Assembly (NCBI GenBank): GCA_964016885.1
Contig: OZ024745.1
Span: 85,684,001 to 85,748,000 of the forward strand
Length of the DNA: 64,000 bases
Direction: 5' to 3'
Source of the DNA: Eledone cirrhosa
Lineage: Eukaryota
Positions 14,306-26,611 of this stretch are shown here, one piece after another. Below the pieces are notes generated by a model that saw only the letters and a program-made list of their open reading frames with translations, searched no databases and was not told the DNA's origin. The first letter of the stretch is position 1. Each line of letters begins with the position of its first letter. A program made the position numbers and the translations under genes.

Positions 14306-14490
14306 GGGTGGTGGATTGGCAGTATCAGTAGCGAGTCGGACGCCATGCTTTCCAGCATAGTTACGTCCCTTTACGGTCTGAGTTCAAATCCCGCCGAGGT
14401 TAACTTTGCCTTTCATCCTTAAGGGGTCGATAAAATAAAGTACCAGTAATGTACTGGGTATTTGCAGGCCTTGTGCCAAAAGTAGAAACA
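14306..14490 (+). mobile_element. tRNA-derived SINE, full length
   Basis: A-box-like tggcagtatcagtagc and B-box gagttcaaatccc; 3' end gtgccaaaagtagaaac; four copies in the window. Confidence 0.85.
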
Positions 14491-14659
14491 ATTCTATATA
14501 TATATATTTATATATATTATATATATATATATATATTATATATATATATTATATATATATTATATATATATATATATTATATATATATATATTATATATA
14601 TATATATATTATATATATATATATTATATATATATATATTATATATATTATAAATATAA

Positions 14660-14753
14660 TCGTTTCTACTTTAGGCACAGGGCCAGCTTTTACCCAGTGC
14701 ATTACTGGTACTTTATTTTATCGACCCCGTAAGGATGAAAGGCAAAGTCAACC
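14660..14753 (-). mobile_element. SINE 3' fragment of the same family
   Basis: Reverse complement of the 3' half of 14306-14490. Confidence 0.8.
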
Positions 14754-14774
14754 TCTATATATAATTTATTATAA

Positions 14775-14812
<38 letters not shown>

Positions 14813-14840
14813 TTACGTAATAAACAACATAAGGCAATTA

Positions 14841-14900
14841 TTTCATTTACCGTGGTTTCTTAAAAGCTAACAAATGTTGCTTTCAATCATCAGAATGAAT
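14841..14900 (-). ncRNA. Minimal hammerhead, family B
   Basis: Minus strand: attcatt-CTGATGA-ttgaaagc..gcttttaa-GAAA-ccacgg-TA-aatgaaa. Confidence 0.8.
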
Positions 14901-15086
14901 AATCCTGGTGTATTTATTGACATTGGATTTTAAAAAACAAAAATATAATATATATGAAAGTGAGGCTCGAAAAGGAAGAAGGAAAGGAAAAAATAAACAC
15001 ACATGCACACACACACGCACTCAATTACATACACACACATATATACATACAAATATATATATACACACACATATACACACACACAC

Positions 15087-15117
<31 letters not shown>

Positions 15118-15319
15118 TACATACATATACACATACATACATACACTACACACAAATACACAAACACGCACACACATACACACATGCAAATATATATATA
15201 TATATACACACAATCATACATATATACACACGTACATACACACACATACATACAAACATATATACATGCATACATACGCATGCACCAATATAGATATATG
15301 TACACACACCTATAAATTT

Positions 15320-15557
15320 AGGATTTCCTTTCGCAAATAAGGTGTGGGAATTCAAGGATAATAACATCCCGTACTCTATCGATTGGTCTATTTTAGACCA
15401 TTCGAAGTACCAAAAGGGCACACAGAATTGTTCTTTGTGTACCACTAAAAAATTTAGGATTTTACAAAACTTGAAAGCCACTTCAACTTGCCTGAACTCC
15501 AAGACCGAGATCTTCAGATGTTGTCCTCACCTGAAATCACATCTGATCTGTAACTGA
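15320..15557 (+). pseudogene. PLE GIY-YIG endonuclease C-terminal fragment
   Basis: WEFKD..YSIDWSIL..CSLC..CLNSKTEIFRCCPH, similar to the end of ORF 33430-33804. Confidence 0.85.
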
Positions 15558-15831
15558 ATTGACATTCCTAACTCAACCACCTTGAACTTCTTCTCTGCTC
15601 TATACGCCTTACATCCAGTGCGGTTTTTTTACCTTCTGAATTCACTTTCTGTACTCTTATATTCTTTTTCTCCCTTATCTCCTCTTATATTTAAACCTTT
15701 TCCTATGTAATTTATTTTCCTTATTTGCCCCCCCCCCCTACTTTCTACCTTACCCTTCACATACCCACCTTTTTTATTTTTAGATATTTATTTGTGTGTA
15801 TGTGTGTGTGTGTGTGTGCGTGCGCGCGCGC

Positions 15832-15910
<79 letters not shown>

Positions 15911-16025
15911 GCGCATATGTATATATATATATGTGTATGGATATGTATGTGTGTATGTATGTTTATATATCTGTATGTATATGTATGTGTGTATATAATT
16001 GTATTTCATATGCTTCTGTTGTATT

Positions 16026-16073
<48 letters not shown>

Positions 16074-16265
16074 GTGTGTGTGTGTGCGTGTGTTTATTTG
16101 TGTGTGTGTATTTTTTATATATTTGTTTTTGTGTGTATATATATAATAGCCTCAGAAACGGCTTGAACTCTGCCGTGGGATCATACTTTTTCCTATATGT
16201 GTATATATATACGTATATGTATGTATGTGTATGTATATGTGTGTGTATTTGTATGGTTGTGTGTG

Positions 16266-16300
<35 letters not shown>

Positions 16301-16427
16301 AAAGTTATATTTAAATTGTTGTGTTACAACTAGTAAATATTTATAACTGATATAAAAGCACTCGACAAATATTTGGAGTATATTTACAATATTAAATAAA
16401 TGGAAACTATATTTATAAAACCATATT

Positions 16428-16493
16428 TATTTCATTATATATATTTCAGGGATAACATATTAACAATATGCTATGCCTTCCTCAGACAAAATA
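16428..16493 (-). ncRNA. Minimal hammerhead, family A (nested fragment)
   Basis: Minus strand: tattttgt-CTGAGGA-aggc..cct-GAAA-tatata-TA-atgaaata. Confidence 0.75.
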
Positions 16494-17252
16494 CAATATA
16501 AACAGTTTTATAGATAAATAGATTCGACATACCGTAACAACATCTACTTGCATTTGAGAAGGTGATTTGAAATATATATATATATATATATATATTTCGT
16601 TTCTGAATTTGTTTAGCAAGATTCTTTATCTGAAATCGTGTGTTGAAACAGATATTGTTATACTTTGGGAGAGTCATGTTACCAATAAGAAACACACGCA
16701 CCAGTTGCTTTCACTTCAATTTATTATTATAATAAATTTATAATAAATTTATAAATTTATAAATTTCTGATTGGTTGGTTGGTTCCACAACCAGATAGTT
16801 GTTTATATATTGTCATAGTTCTTTCGTCACACACTCTGTGACCTCTTCAGTGACTGGGAATTCCTTTCTTTGTTTCTGTGCCTCTCCTTTGTTCTGTCCT
16901 ACGCCATTTTGTTTCTCTCTGTGTGTATGTATATGTGTATGTGTATGTATGTGTATATATATATGTATGTGTGTGTGTGTATGTATTTATTTTTACGTAT
17001 GTATGTGTATGTGCAATTGTGTGTATTGCTTTCCACGTGTGTTTGTTCATTTATTTGTTGCCTGTATCGCTGTCAACTTTATAATAATTTTTATATTCAT
17101 TTTATTATAATATTTTTTCTTATAATTATTTGTGTGTATTCGTATATAGGTGTGTGTACATATATCTATATATGTGCATGCGTATGTAAACATGTATATA
17201 TGTGTTTATGTATGTGTGCGTATGTACGTGTGTATATATGTATGATTGTATG

Positions 17253-17294
<42 letters not shown>

Positions 17295-17598
17295 TATGCA
17301 TATGTGTGTGCGTGTTTGTGTATTTGTGTGTATGTGTATGTCTGGATATGTTGATATATATGTGTGTATGTATGTGTATATGTATGTGTATGTATATATA
17401 TACACATATATATGTGTGAGTGTATAATGTGTGTGTGTATATATATGTGTATGTATATATGTGTGTGTATGTAATTCTGTGTCTGTGTGTGTGCATGTGT
17501 GTTTATTTTTCCTTTCCTTCTTCCTTTTCCAGCCTCACTTTCATATAGATTATATTTTTGTTTTTTAAAATCCAATGTCAATAAATACACCAGGATTT

Positions 17599-17659
17599 TT
17601 TCATTCTGATGATTGAAAGCAAAATTTGTTTGCTTTTAAGAAACCACTGGTAAATGAAA
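17599..17659 (+). ncRNA. Minimal hammerhead, family B
   Basis: tttcatt-CTGATGA(17606)-11 bp stem II-GAAA-ccactgg-TA-aatgaaa; all core positions canonical. Confidence 0.88.
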
Positions 17660-17845
17660 TAATTGCCTTATGTTGTTTATTACATCACTATTATGCTCTG
17701 TAACCTACATAGAGCACTCTTTTTTCCTGGACCTTTCCGACGGAATTACTTCAATTATATATATATTATATATATATATATTATATATATATATATTATA
17801 TATACATATATTATGTATTTATATATTATATATACATATTATATA

Positions 17846-17906
<61 letters not shown>

Positions 17907-17934
17907 ATATTATATATATATTATATATATATAT

Positions 17935-17968
<34 letters not shown>

Positions 17969-18071
17969 ATATTATATATAGTAATAATAATAAATTTGAA
18001 GACTAAAATTCAAAGAGGGCTCGATAAGGATAAATATATATCAAATATATAAGAACCGTAGAGCAAATATT

Positions 18072-18198
18072 TATTGAAATAACAGATTAAATATTAAGCA
18101 AAGAATCGCTGCTTTCACCCTTAACGGGATATTTTGAAGATCCCGTTAAGGGTGAAAGCAGCGATTCTTTGCTTAATCTTTAATCTGTTATTTTAATA
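18072..18198. repeat. Fold-back hairpin, about 59-bp arms with a 9-nt spacer
   Basis: 18072-18130 is the reverse complement of 18140-18198 with few mismatches. Confidence 0.9.
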
Positions 18199-18202
18199 TA
18201 TA

Positions 18203-19274
18203 CTAGACCACCCCATGACCCGTTGGGTCATGTTCACATTAAAATATCTTTTTTAAATCGTGTTCACTTAAAAATAATTTTTCAATAATAAAATATACAC
18301 AGACATGTATATAATGTGAAATGAAACTGGAAGGCCTATATATATAATTGAGTGTATGTATATATATATGTGTGTGTGTGTAAACATATACATATATATG
18401 TATGTGTGTGTATATATATATATATGTGGATGTCTGTGATCTACATGCACTGGTCATAAACACACACATATATATATATATATCCACACACACTCACACA
18501 CATATATATTTATATATATATATATATATAGAGATAGATATATACACACAACAGCACCACCAGATAGAGATAGATATATACACACAACAGCACCACCAGC
18601 TCTCTTCCATTTTCATTCTCTGTCTCCTCTCCCTCTTTCTGTCTCTCTTTCAATCTACTCTCTCACAACCACTATCTCTTTCTCTCTATCTTTTTCTCTC
18701 TTTGTTTACTTTGTTCATGAAGGCACCAGGAAAAACCCCATATGTCGGGAACCCGCGGTCCGATTTACGTGAAATTTGTTTTTGTTCCATTTGTATTCCC
18801 ATTTCAGGGTCAACTTCCTTTCAAAGTATTTCCCCATTATGCGCAATTTTGGCTGTATTACATTACAGATAAGCAAGCAAGCAATCAATCACAGACATTT
18901 AGTATTATCAAAAATGTATACACCATTCTAATATATATATTGCCTGTACAGGTAATCAAAGTGTGTATATATTTTTCGGGGACACCATATATATATATAC
19001 CGGGGTCCCTAAAAATGTATACACTATTCTAATATATATATTGCCTGTACAGGTAATCAAAGTGTGTATACATTTTTCCGGGACACCATATATATATACC
19101 GGGGTCCCTAAGAATGTATACACCATCCTAACAAATAATGCATGTATAGGCAATCAAAGTGGGTATACATTTTTGGGGGGACAACCTGTATATACACAAA
19201 TATGAACATATATATATATAGAAAGTGTGTGCAAGCAAGCAAGCAAGTAAGCAATCAAGATCAGAGTTTTAGAA

Positions 19275-19280
<6 letters not shown>
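18203..19280 (-). mobile_element. Probable non-autonomous Helitron; 5' end uncertain
   Basis: Minus-strand 3' end: catgaccc-aac-gggtcatg hairpin, 7 nt, then CTAG|T. Confidence 0.45.
18911..19190. mobile_element. Tandem array of about 100-bp Tc1/mariner-like MITE units (about 2.8 copies)
   Basis: Each unit is bounded by ccggggtccc..aaaatgtatacac and gtgtatacatttt..gggacac/gggacaacctg inverted ends; units are separated by TA runs. Confidence 0.55.
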
Positions 19281-19342
<62 letters not shown>

Positions 19343-19346
<4 letters not shown>

Positions 19347-20028
19347 GGAAAAAATAAAACGATATTTCATTTCCCACTCTTAGTACGGCTGTTACTTAAA
19401 TATAAGTATGTACACGTACATACATATATGCATACCGACGTACAGTAGTATGCATATATATACATATATACATATATACATACATTCACACATATATATA
19501 TGCACGTATGGATTCACCGAACATTTATTATAATGCTCGGTGTGTTTGTAAACAAACATCCCGTATTAAGCCGTAGTGTCCCAGCAACCACCGTTGCTCG
19601 TTTGTTCAACACTGACAAAGGAACGCTGTACTAGTTTCAAGCTTGTTAGCTATCGTCAGCAACGTATACCTTCCTGCCAGATTGTTGAACGTATATACTT
19701 ACCTTATGCATATTAACGGGTGAGTAGCCCAATTTGCACATCGAGTGGGTTAATCGGCCGGGTGCACCGAAAACGATAAACGGAAAAAATGAAACGATAT
19801 TTCATTTCCCACTCTTAGTACGGCTGTTACTTAAATATAAGTATTATTATAATAAATGTTCGGTGAATCCATACGTGCATATATATATGTGTGAATGTAT
19901 GTATATATGTATATATATACATACTACTGTACGTCGGTATGCATATATGTATGTACGTGTACATACTTATATTTAAGTAACAGCCGTACTAAGAGTGGGA
20001 AATGAAATATCGTTTCATTTTTTCCGTT
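19343..20028 (-). mobile_element. Retrozyme-like non-coding element (435-bp unit) with an inverted 5' copy
   Basis: Direct repeat at 19343-19409 and 19778-19844; 19846-20028 is inverted against 19343-19534; internal HHR. Confidence 0.75.
19623..19665 (-). ncRNA. Minimal hammerhead, family F (43 nt)
   Basis: Minus strand: acgttg-CTGACGA-tagc taacaa gctt-GAAA-ctag-TA-cagcgt. Confidence 0.82.
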
Positions 20029-20036
20029 TATGTATA

Positions 20037-20196
<160 letters not shown>

Positions 20197-20200
20197 CATA

Positions 20201-20282
<82 letters not shown>

Positions 20283-20289
<7 letters not shown>

Positions 20290-20971
20290 CACAGACATGT
20301 ATATAATGTGAAATGAAACTGGAAGGCCTATATATATACTTGAGTGTATGTATATATATATGTGTGTGTGTGTGTAAACATATACATATATATGTATGTG
20401 TGTGTATATATATATATATGTGGATGTCTGTGATCTACATGCACTGGTCATAAACACACACATATATATATATATATATTCACACACACTCACACACATA
20501 TATATTTATATATATATATATAGATATAGATATATACACACAACAGCACCACCAGCTCTCTTCCATTTTCATTCTCTGTCTCCTCTCCCTCTTCTGTCTC
20601 TCTTTCAATCTACTCTCTCACAACCACTATATATATATATATATATATATATAGTGCTTGTGAGAGAGTAGATTGAAAGAGAGACAGAAAGAGGGAGAGG
20701 AGACAGGGAATGAAAATGGTGGTGCTGTTGTGTGTATATATCTATATATATATATATATAAATATATATGTGTGTGAGTGTGTGTGAATATATATATATA
20801 TATGTGTGTGTTTATGACCGGTGCATGTAGATCACAGACATCCACATATATATATATACACACACATACATATAAATGTATATGTTTACACACACACACA
20901 CATATATATATATACATACACTCAAGTATATATATATAGGCCTTCCAGTTTCATTTCACATTATATACATG

Positions 20972-20980
<9 letters not shown>
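20283..20980. repeat. Direct (20283-20630) and inverted (20655-20980) copies of segment 18288-18672
   Basis: Shared unique anchors gaaatgaaactggaaggcct, gatctacatgcac and acagcaccacca. Confidence 0.85.
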
Positions 20981-21012
<32 letters not shown>

Positions 21013-21023
21013 TATTATATATA

Positions 21024-21298
<275 letters not shown>

Positions 21299-21441
21299 CT
21301 TCTACCTGGAGTTGCGACCGATAGATAGTATTAGCAATTGGAAAGACCAACGGAAACATTGTACCCTCGGTCCGATTTGACGAAAGTCGATCGTTCCTTT
21401 ATATATATATATATATATTATATATATATATAATATATATA

Positions 21442-21482
<41 letters not shown>

Positions 21483-21665
21483 TATATATATATATATATA
21501 TATATTTTATATATATATATATATTATATATATATGCAAAAGTTCTATTTAAATTGTTGGGATACAACAAGCAAATATTTTTATAACTGATATAAAGCAC
21601 TCGACAAGTATTTGGAGTAAATATACGATATTAACAAATGGAAACTATATTTATAAAACCATATC

Positions 21666-21730
21666 TATTTTATTATACATATTTCAAGGATACCATGTTA
21701 AATTATGGTATGCTTTCATCAGACAAAATA
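21666..21730 (-). ncRNA. Minimal hammerhead, family A
   Basis: Minus strand: tattttgt-CTGATGA-aagcataccat..atggtatcctt-GAAA-tatgta-TA-ataaaata. Confidence 0.82.
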
Positions 21731-23230
21731 CAATATATACCAGTTTTATAAATAAATATTGACGTACCCTTTCAAAATGCAACCGTTACTTCTGGAAAAC
21801 ATCAGGGATAGTGGATTTGTTTATTTTAGTAAGTCGTTGTGTTAAGGAGAAGGAAAAAGATGGAGAGAGAGAAAACCGACAGAGAGAAAAGTGGAGAAAT
21901 AAAGGGAGAGATAGAGAAAGAAAAAGAAGAAAGAAAAAAGAAAAAAAGAAAACAGAGGAAAACAAGAGAGAGATATCAAAACACCAGACAGAGAGAAAAA
22001 ATCAAGAGAGAGAAATGTAGAGATAGAGAGAGGGGGAGAGGACGAAAACCTTAAGTCATGTCATATTAAGCTAAGTTAACAATTAAGATGAAATGAATAA
22101 ATAAAATTAGAAATATTAATATTTATGAATGGAATATACATATATAATATGAGAAATTAATCATTATTTAACTATGATTAGATATTTAGTTTAAAAATTG
22201 AGATCAATAAATTAAAAATTGGAATTTAAACATTACGAAATATATATATTGCTAGAGAAATTACCTATCATATAACACATACATACACGCAAAAATACAC
22301 ATAAATATATATATACACACACTCAGAAAATACACATTATATCTACTCCCGTATATAATATATACATACAAAGCATAAATGATTTTTTTATTAATGTTAT
22401 ACATCCCTAAAATGTTTAATATATATATATAAATATATAGGATTAGCTTTCATGCATTTATGGCTGTTAAATTATGCCTATCTGCAATCAAAATTGTATG
22501 GGTACACATATACATGTACACACACAATTCTTACATATACATATATGAACATGTGTGTGCATCCTCACCCAATTGGTAGATACGCGTCACTCATGCATAT
22601 ATACAGACAGACATATATTCATAAAAATGCATATAACACATGTATATGTATGTTAATACACACATATACATACATACTTGTATAGAGATAAGTATACATC
22701 AATATATTACATAGTATAATTGAGTACATAAAATACAAAAGGATTATATTTTGGAAATATAATTATATCAATATAACTTAAAAACAAAAGAATTCTACAA
22801 TATTAAAATATTAAAATATTTTAAAATATTATAGAATATTTTAAGTTAAAATAATATGTTTAATAGATTTAGCATAGAAATTTATCTTACGTATATTTTA
22901 CTCAAGATATTGAAAGGATAAACATTCGAAAATTATGAGAAGCTATCAGAATAAAAACAAACCTAATAAAAAATAAATAAAATATAAAAAAATAAATAAT
23001 ATAAAAAATTAAAATATGAAAAATATAAAAAATATAAGAAATAGGAAATATTTTCTCCTTTCAAGAGCTCTCAATATATTTCTCTAGAATAGTTTATTAT
23101 ATTTATATTTATATTTAGGAAGAACATTTATTTATACTTGAGTACTTAACCAAAGAAAATGAAAAAGGTGAAGGAATCTAATGATTTATCACCAGGTTTC
23201 ATATATAACCAAATTACATAATTAATTATA

Positions 23231-23930
23231 CTACATTTTAAATTTATATTTATATTTAAACGTTGATTTCAATCTATGTCTGCAGCAACTGAATAAATTA
23301 TTCCTTAAACTTAGGAATTTTTGGTCTTTAATATAAAGAATATTTTCCTCTATACAAAGATCGCAATTTTCTGAAGAGCAATTAAAAGGAGTAGCTTTTG
23401 AAATAATATTCCAAATCAGCGAATATTCAACATTATCTCGTTTTAGGTCCCATAATAGGCTAGACAGCGAAGTTGAAGATTTTATGTTTGGATCTGTAAA
23501 ATAATTTTTATGATTATTGAAGCGGGATTTAAAATCTGTGAAGGTAGAACCGACATAATTAAATGAATTTAAATTAGTTTTTACATTACAATTATAAACT
23601 ACATTTTTAGCTAAGCAGTTGTTATTTAACGGACAGTTGGATTTATTTCTACAGTTACAATTATTCGATTGAATATTGCTTGGGTTATTATTGGTATTTT
23701 GGTTAGGTTTTAAATTTCTATTATTAATTCTATTAATATTTTGCGCTAAATTTTTGGTAGAAGAGTAAGTTAATTTTATAGTATGTCTATTAAAAATTGA
23801 GTAATATCTATGTGTTCTAGGGGAAGCATTTGTCAAGAGCTTTAAAGAATAGTTTAGCAATAGGGGTTTTGATATTTAGTGAGAAAGGAGGAGCGAACCA
23901 TAGTATATTCCTAGTTCTATTTCTTTTTCC
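23231..23930 (-). pseudogene. PLE linker plus GIY-YIG endonuclease fragment
   Basis: RNILWFAPPFS, NCNCRNKSNCPLNNNCL, VVYNC..NYVGST, NCDLC and CCRH. Confidence 0.9.
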
Positions 23931-24051
23931 TACTCCTTAACACAACGACTTACTAAAATAAACAAATCCACTATCCCTGATGTCTTCCAAATGTACCGGT
24001 TGCATTTTGAAAGGGTACGTCAATATTTATTTATAAAACTGGTATATATTG

Positions 24052-24116
24052 TATTTTGTCTGATGAAAGCATACCATAATTTAACATGGTATCCTTGAAA
24101 TATGTATAATAAAATA
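24052..24116 (+). ncRNA. Minimal hammerhead, family A (inverted arm)
   Basis: Same motif as 21666-21730, with CTGATGA at 24060. Confidence 0.82.
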
Positions 24117-24155
24117 GATATGGTTTTATAATATAGTTTCCATTTGTTAATATCG

Positions 24156-24216
<61 letters not shown>

Positions 24217-24248
24217 ATTATATATTATATATATATTATATATATATA

Positions 24249-24296
<48 letters not shown>

Positions 24297-24302
24297 TATA
24301 TA

Positions 24303-24347
<45 letters not shown>

Positions 24348-24554
24348 ATTATATATATATTATATATATATATTATATATATATATTATATATATATATA
24401 TATTATATATATATATTATATATATATATACATTATATATATATATTATATATATATTATATATATTATATATATATATATTATATATATATATATTATA
24501 TATATATATTATATATATATATTATATATATATATATTATATATATATATTTAC

Positions 24555-24586
<32 letters not shown>

Positions 24587-24646
24587 ATTATATATATATA
24601 TTATATATATATATATTATATATATATTATATATATATATATATTA

Positions 24647-24687
<41 letters not shown>

Positions 24688-25156
24688 TATATATATATTA
24701 TATATATATTATATATATATTATATATATATTATATATATATATATATATTATATATATATATTATATATTATGTATGTATATATATTATATTATGTATT
24801 TATATATATTATACATATATATTATATATATATATATTATATATATATATATTATATATATATATTATATATATATATATTATATATATATATATATATA
24901 ATGTATATATATATATATTATATATATATTATATATATATATAATATATATATTATATTATATATATATATTATATATATACATATATTATATATATATA
25001 TTATATATATATATATCATATATATATATATATATTATATATATATATATTAAATATATATATTATATATATAATATATATATATAATATATATATATAT
25101 GATATATATATATAATATATATATATAATATATATATATATAATATATATATATAT

Positions 25157-26268
25157 TACATGTTGTAGTCGAAGGAGTCAAATCCTGCCCAGCCAAAGTC
25201 AGTAGTGGGGTCCCACAAGGAACTGTGTTGGGCCCACTTCTCTTCATCATCTATATTAATGAAATCACTGACATCATCAAATACAGCAACATTAGAATTT
25301 TCACTGATGATTCCAAGCTCCAAAAGGTCATCAATGGCGTAGATGACCGGATAAGCCTTCAGTCAGACCTAATGGCTGTTACCCAATGGGCGGAAAAGAA
25401 CAACATGTTACTGAACGAAGACAAATTCGAACTGATCCACTTCGGAAAAGAGGATGCTCTGAAACTCCCGTACTCCCTTCCCTCCGGTGAAACTCTCGTG
25501 GTATCTAACAACATTAGAGACTTGGGAGTAACCGTGGACAGCAACATAAGCTGAGCCACGCATATAAGCAGCAAAGTTGACATGGCCCGCAGAATGTGTT
25601 CCTGGATCCTCAGAACCTTCCAGTCGAGAGATTCCCACACCATTATCCTTCTCTTCTCCACGTTTGCCCGACCACACGTTGAATACTGTTGTCCACTGTG
25701 GTCTCCCCACACGAAACAAAGTATCATAAAACCTGAAGCTCCCCAAAGGGTAATCACGAAAAAGATAGATGGCATGTCAAACCTTGACTACTGGGGTCGA
25801 CTAGAAAAGCTGAAAATTTACTCACTCCAACGTCACCGTGAGCGTTATATTATCTGCATGATGTGGAAGATGCTTCATCAGCACTGCCGAAATGATGTTG
25901 GCATCACCTTCAAAATACACCCAAGGCTTGGAACCCGTGCTATCCATCCCAAACAAAAATCTAAATCGCAACTGCTAACAACAATACCGCACAATTATTT
26001 CACCTCAATTGGTTCTCCTCTCTTCAACATCACACCAGGACACGTCAAAACAGACCACAGAAAATTCAAGGAGTTTTTAGACAAATTCCTCTAAGTAATC
26101 CCGGACAAACCACCCACACCCTGATATGTCTCCGCAAACAGTAATTCTCTTCTCGAATGGGCCATGGTGCCCAAATCCTGAATTGAAAGACTTCGCCAGG
26201 TGGTGCTATTAAGTTAGACATGGCCTGGGCCAATACTAGCCAAAACATTTCAAAGTTATTCAAAGTTA
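25157..26268 (+). mobile_element. 5'-truncated CR1/L2-group LINE (RT C-terminal part, disrupted)
   Basis: SGVPQGTVLGPLLF, FTDD, IRDLGV and YCCPLWSPH; internal stop at 25552; 3' tail tcaaagtta x2. Confidence 0.9.
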
Positions 26269-26317
26269 TATATATTATATATATATATTATATATATATA
26301 TATATATATACATATAG

Positions 26318-26370
<53 letters not shown>

Positions 26371-26415
26371 ATATTATATATATATATATTATATATATAT
26401 TGTATATATATATTG

Positions 26416-26446
<31 letters not shown>

Positions 26447-26526
26447 ATATATATTATATATTATATATTATATATATAGAGAGATTATATATATATATAT
26501 TATATATATATTATATATATATATAT

Positions 26527-26558
<32 letters not shown>

Positions 26559-26566
26559 ATTATATA

Positions 26567-26606
<40 letters not shown>

Positions 26607-26611
26607 TTTTT

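Larger units (their letters stand above)
14817..17755 (+). mobile_element. 5'-truncated Naiad-type PLE (family B pseudo-LTR) with an inverted 5' copy of its 3' end
   Basis: 14817-15315 is inverted against about 17140-17685; GIY-YIG C-terminus at 15320-15557; microsatellite-rich 3' UTR; nested family A fragment at 16298-16570. Confidence 0.8.
21535..24158 (-). mobile_element. 5'-truncated Naiad-type PLE with family A pseudo-LTR and an inverted 5' pseudo-LTR copy
   Basis: 3' pLTR at 21535-21850; GIY-YIG at 23231-23930; 23932-24158 is the reverse complement of about 21623-21849. Confidence 0.9.

Noticed and set aside
18134-18170. Hammerhead-like TTGAAGA-tccc/gggt-GAAA in the fold-back hairpin
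   Set aside because: It has C3U without A8, no UH after stem III, and no 5' stem I strand; at most a relic
21352-21370. GAAA-cattg-TA, resembling the 3' half of a hammerhead
   Set aside because: No CUGANGA half found upstream, where a SINE lies
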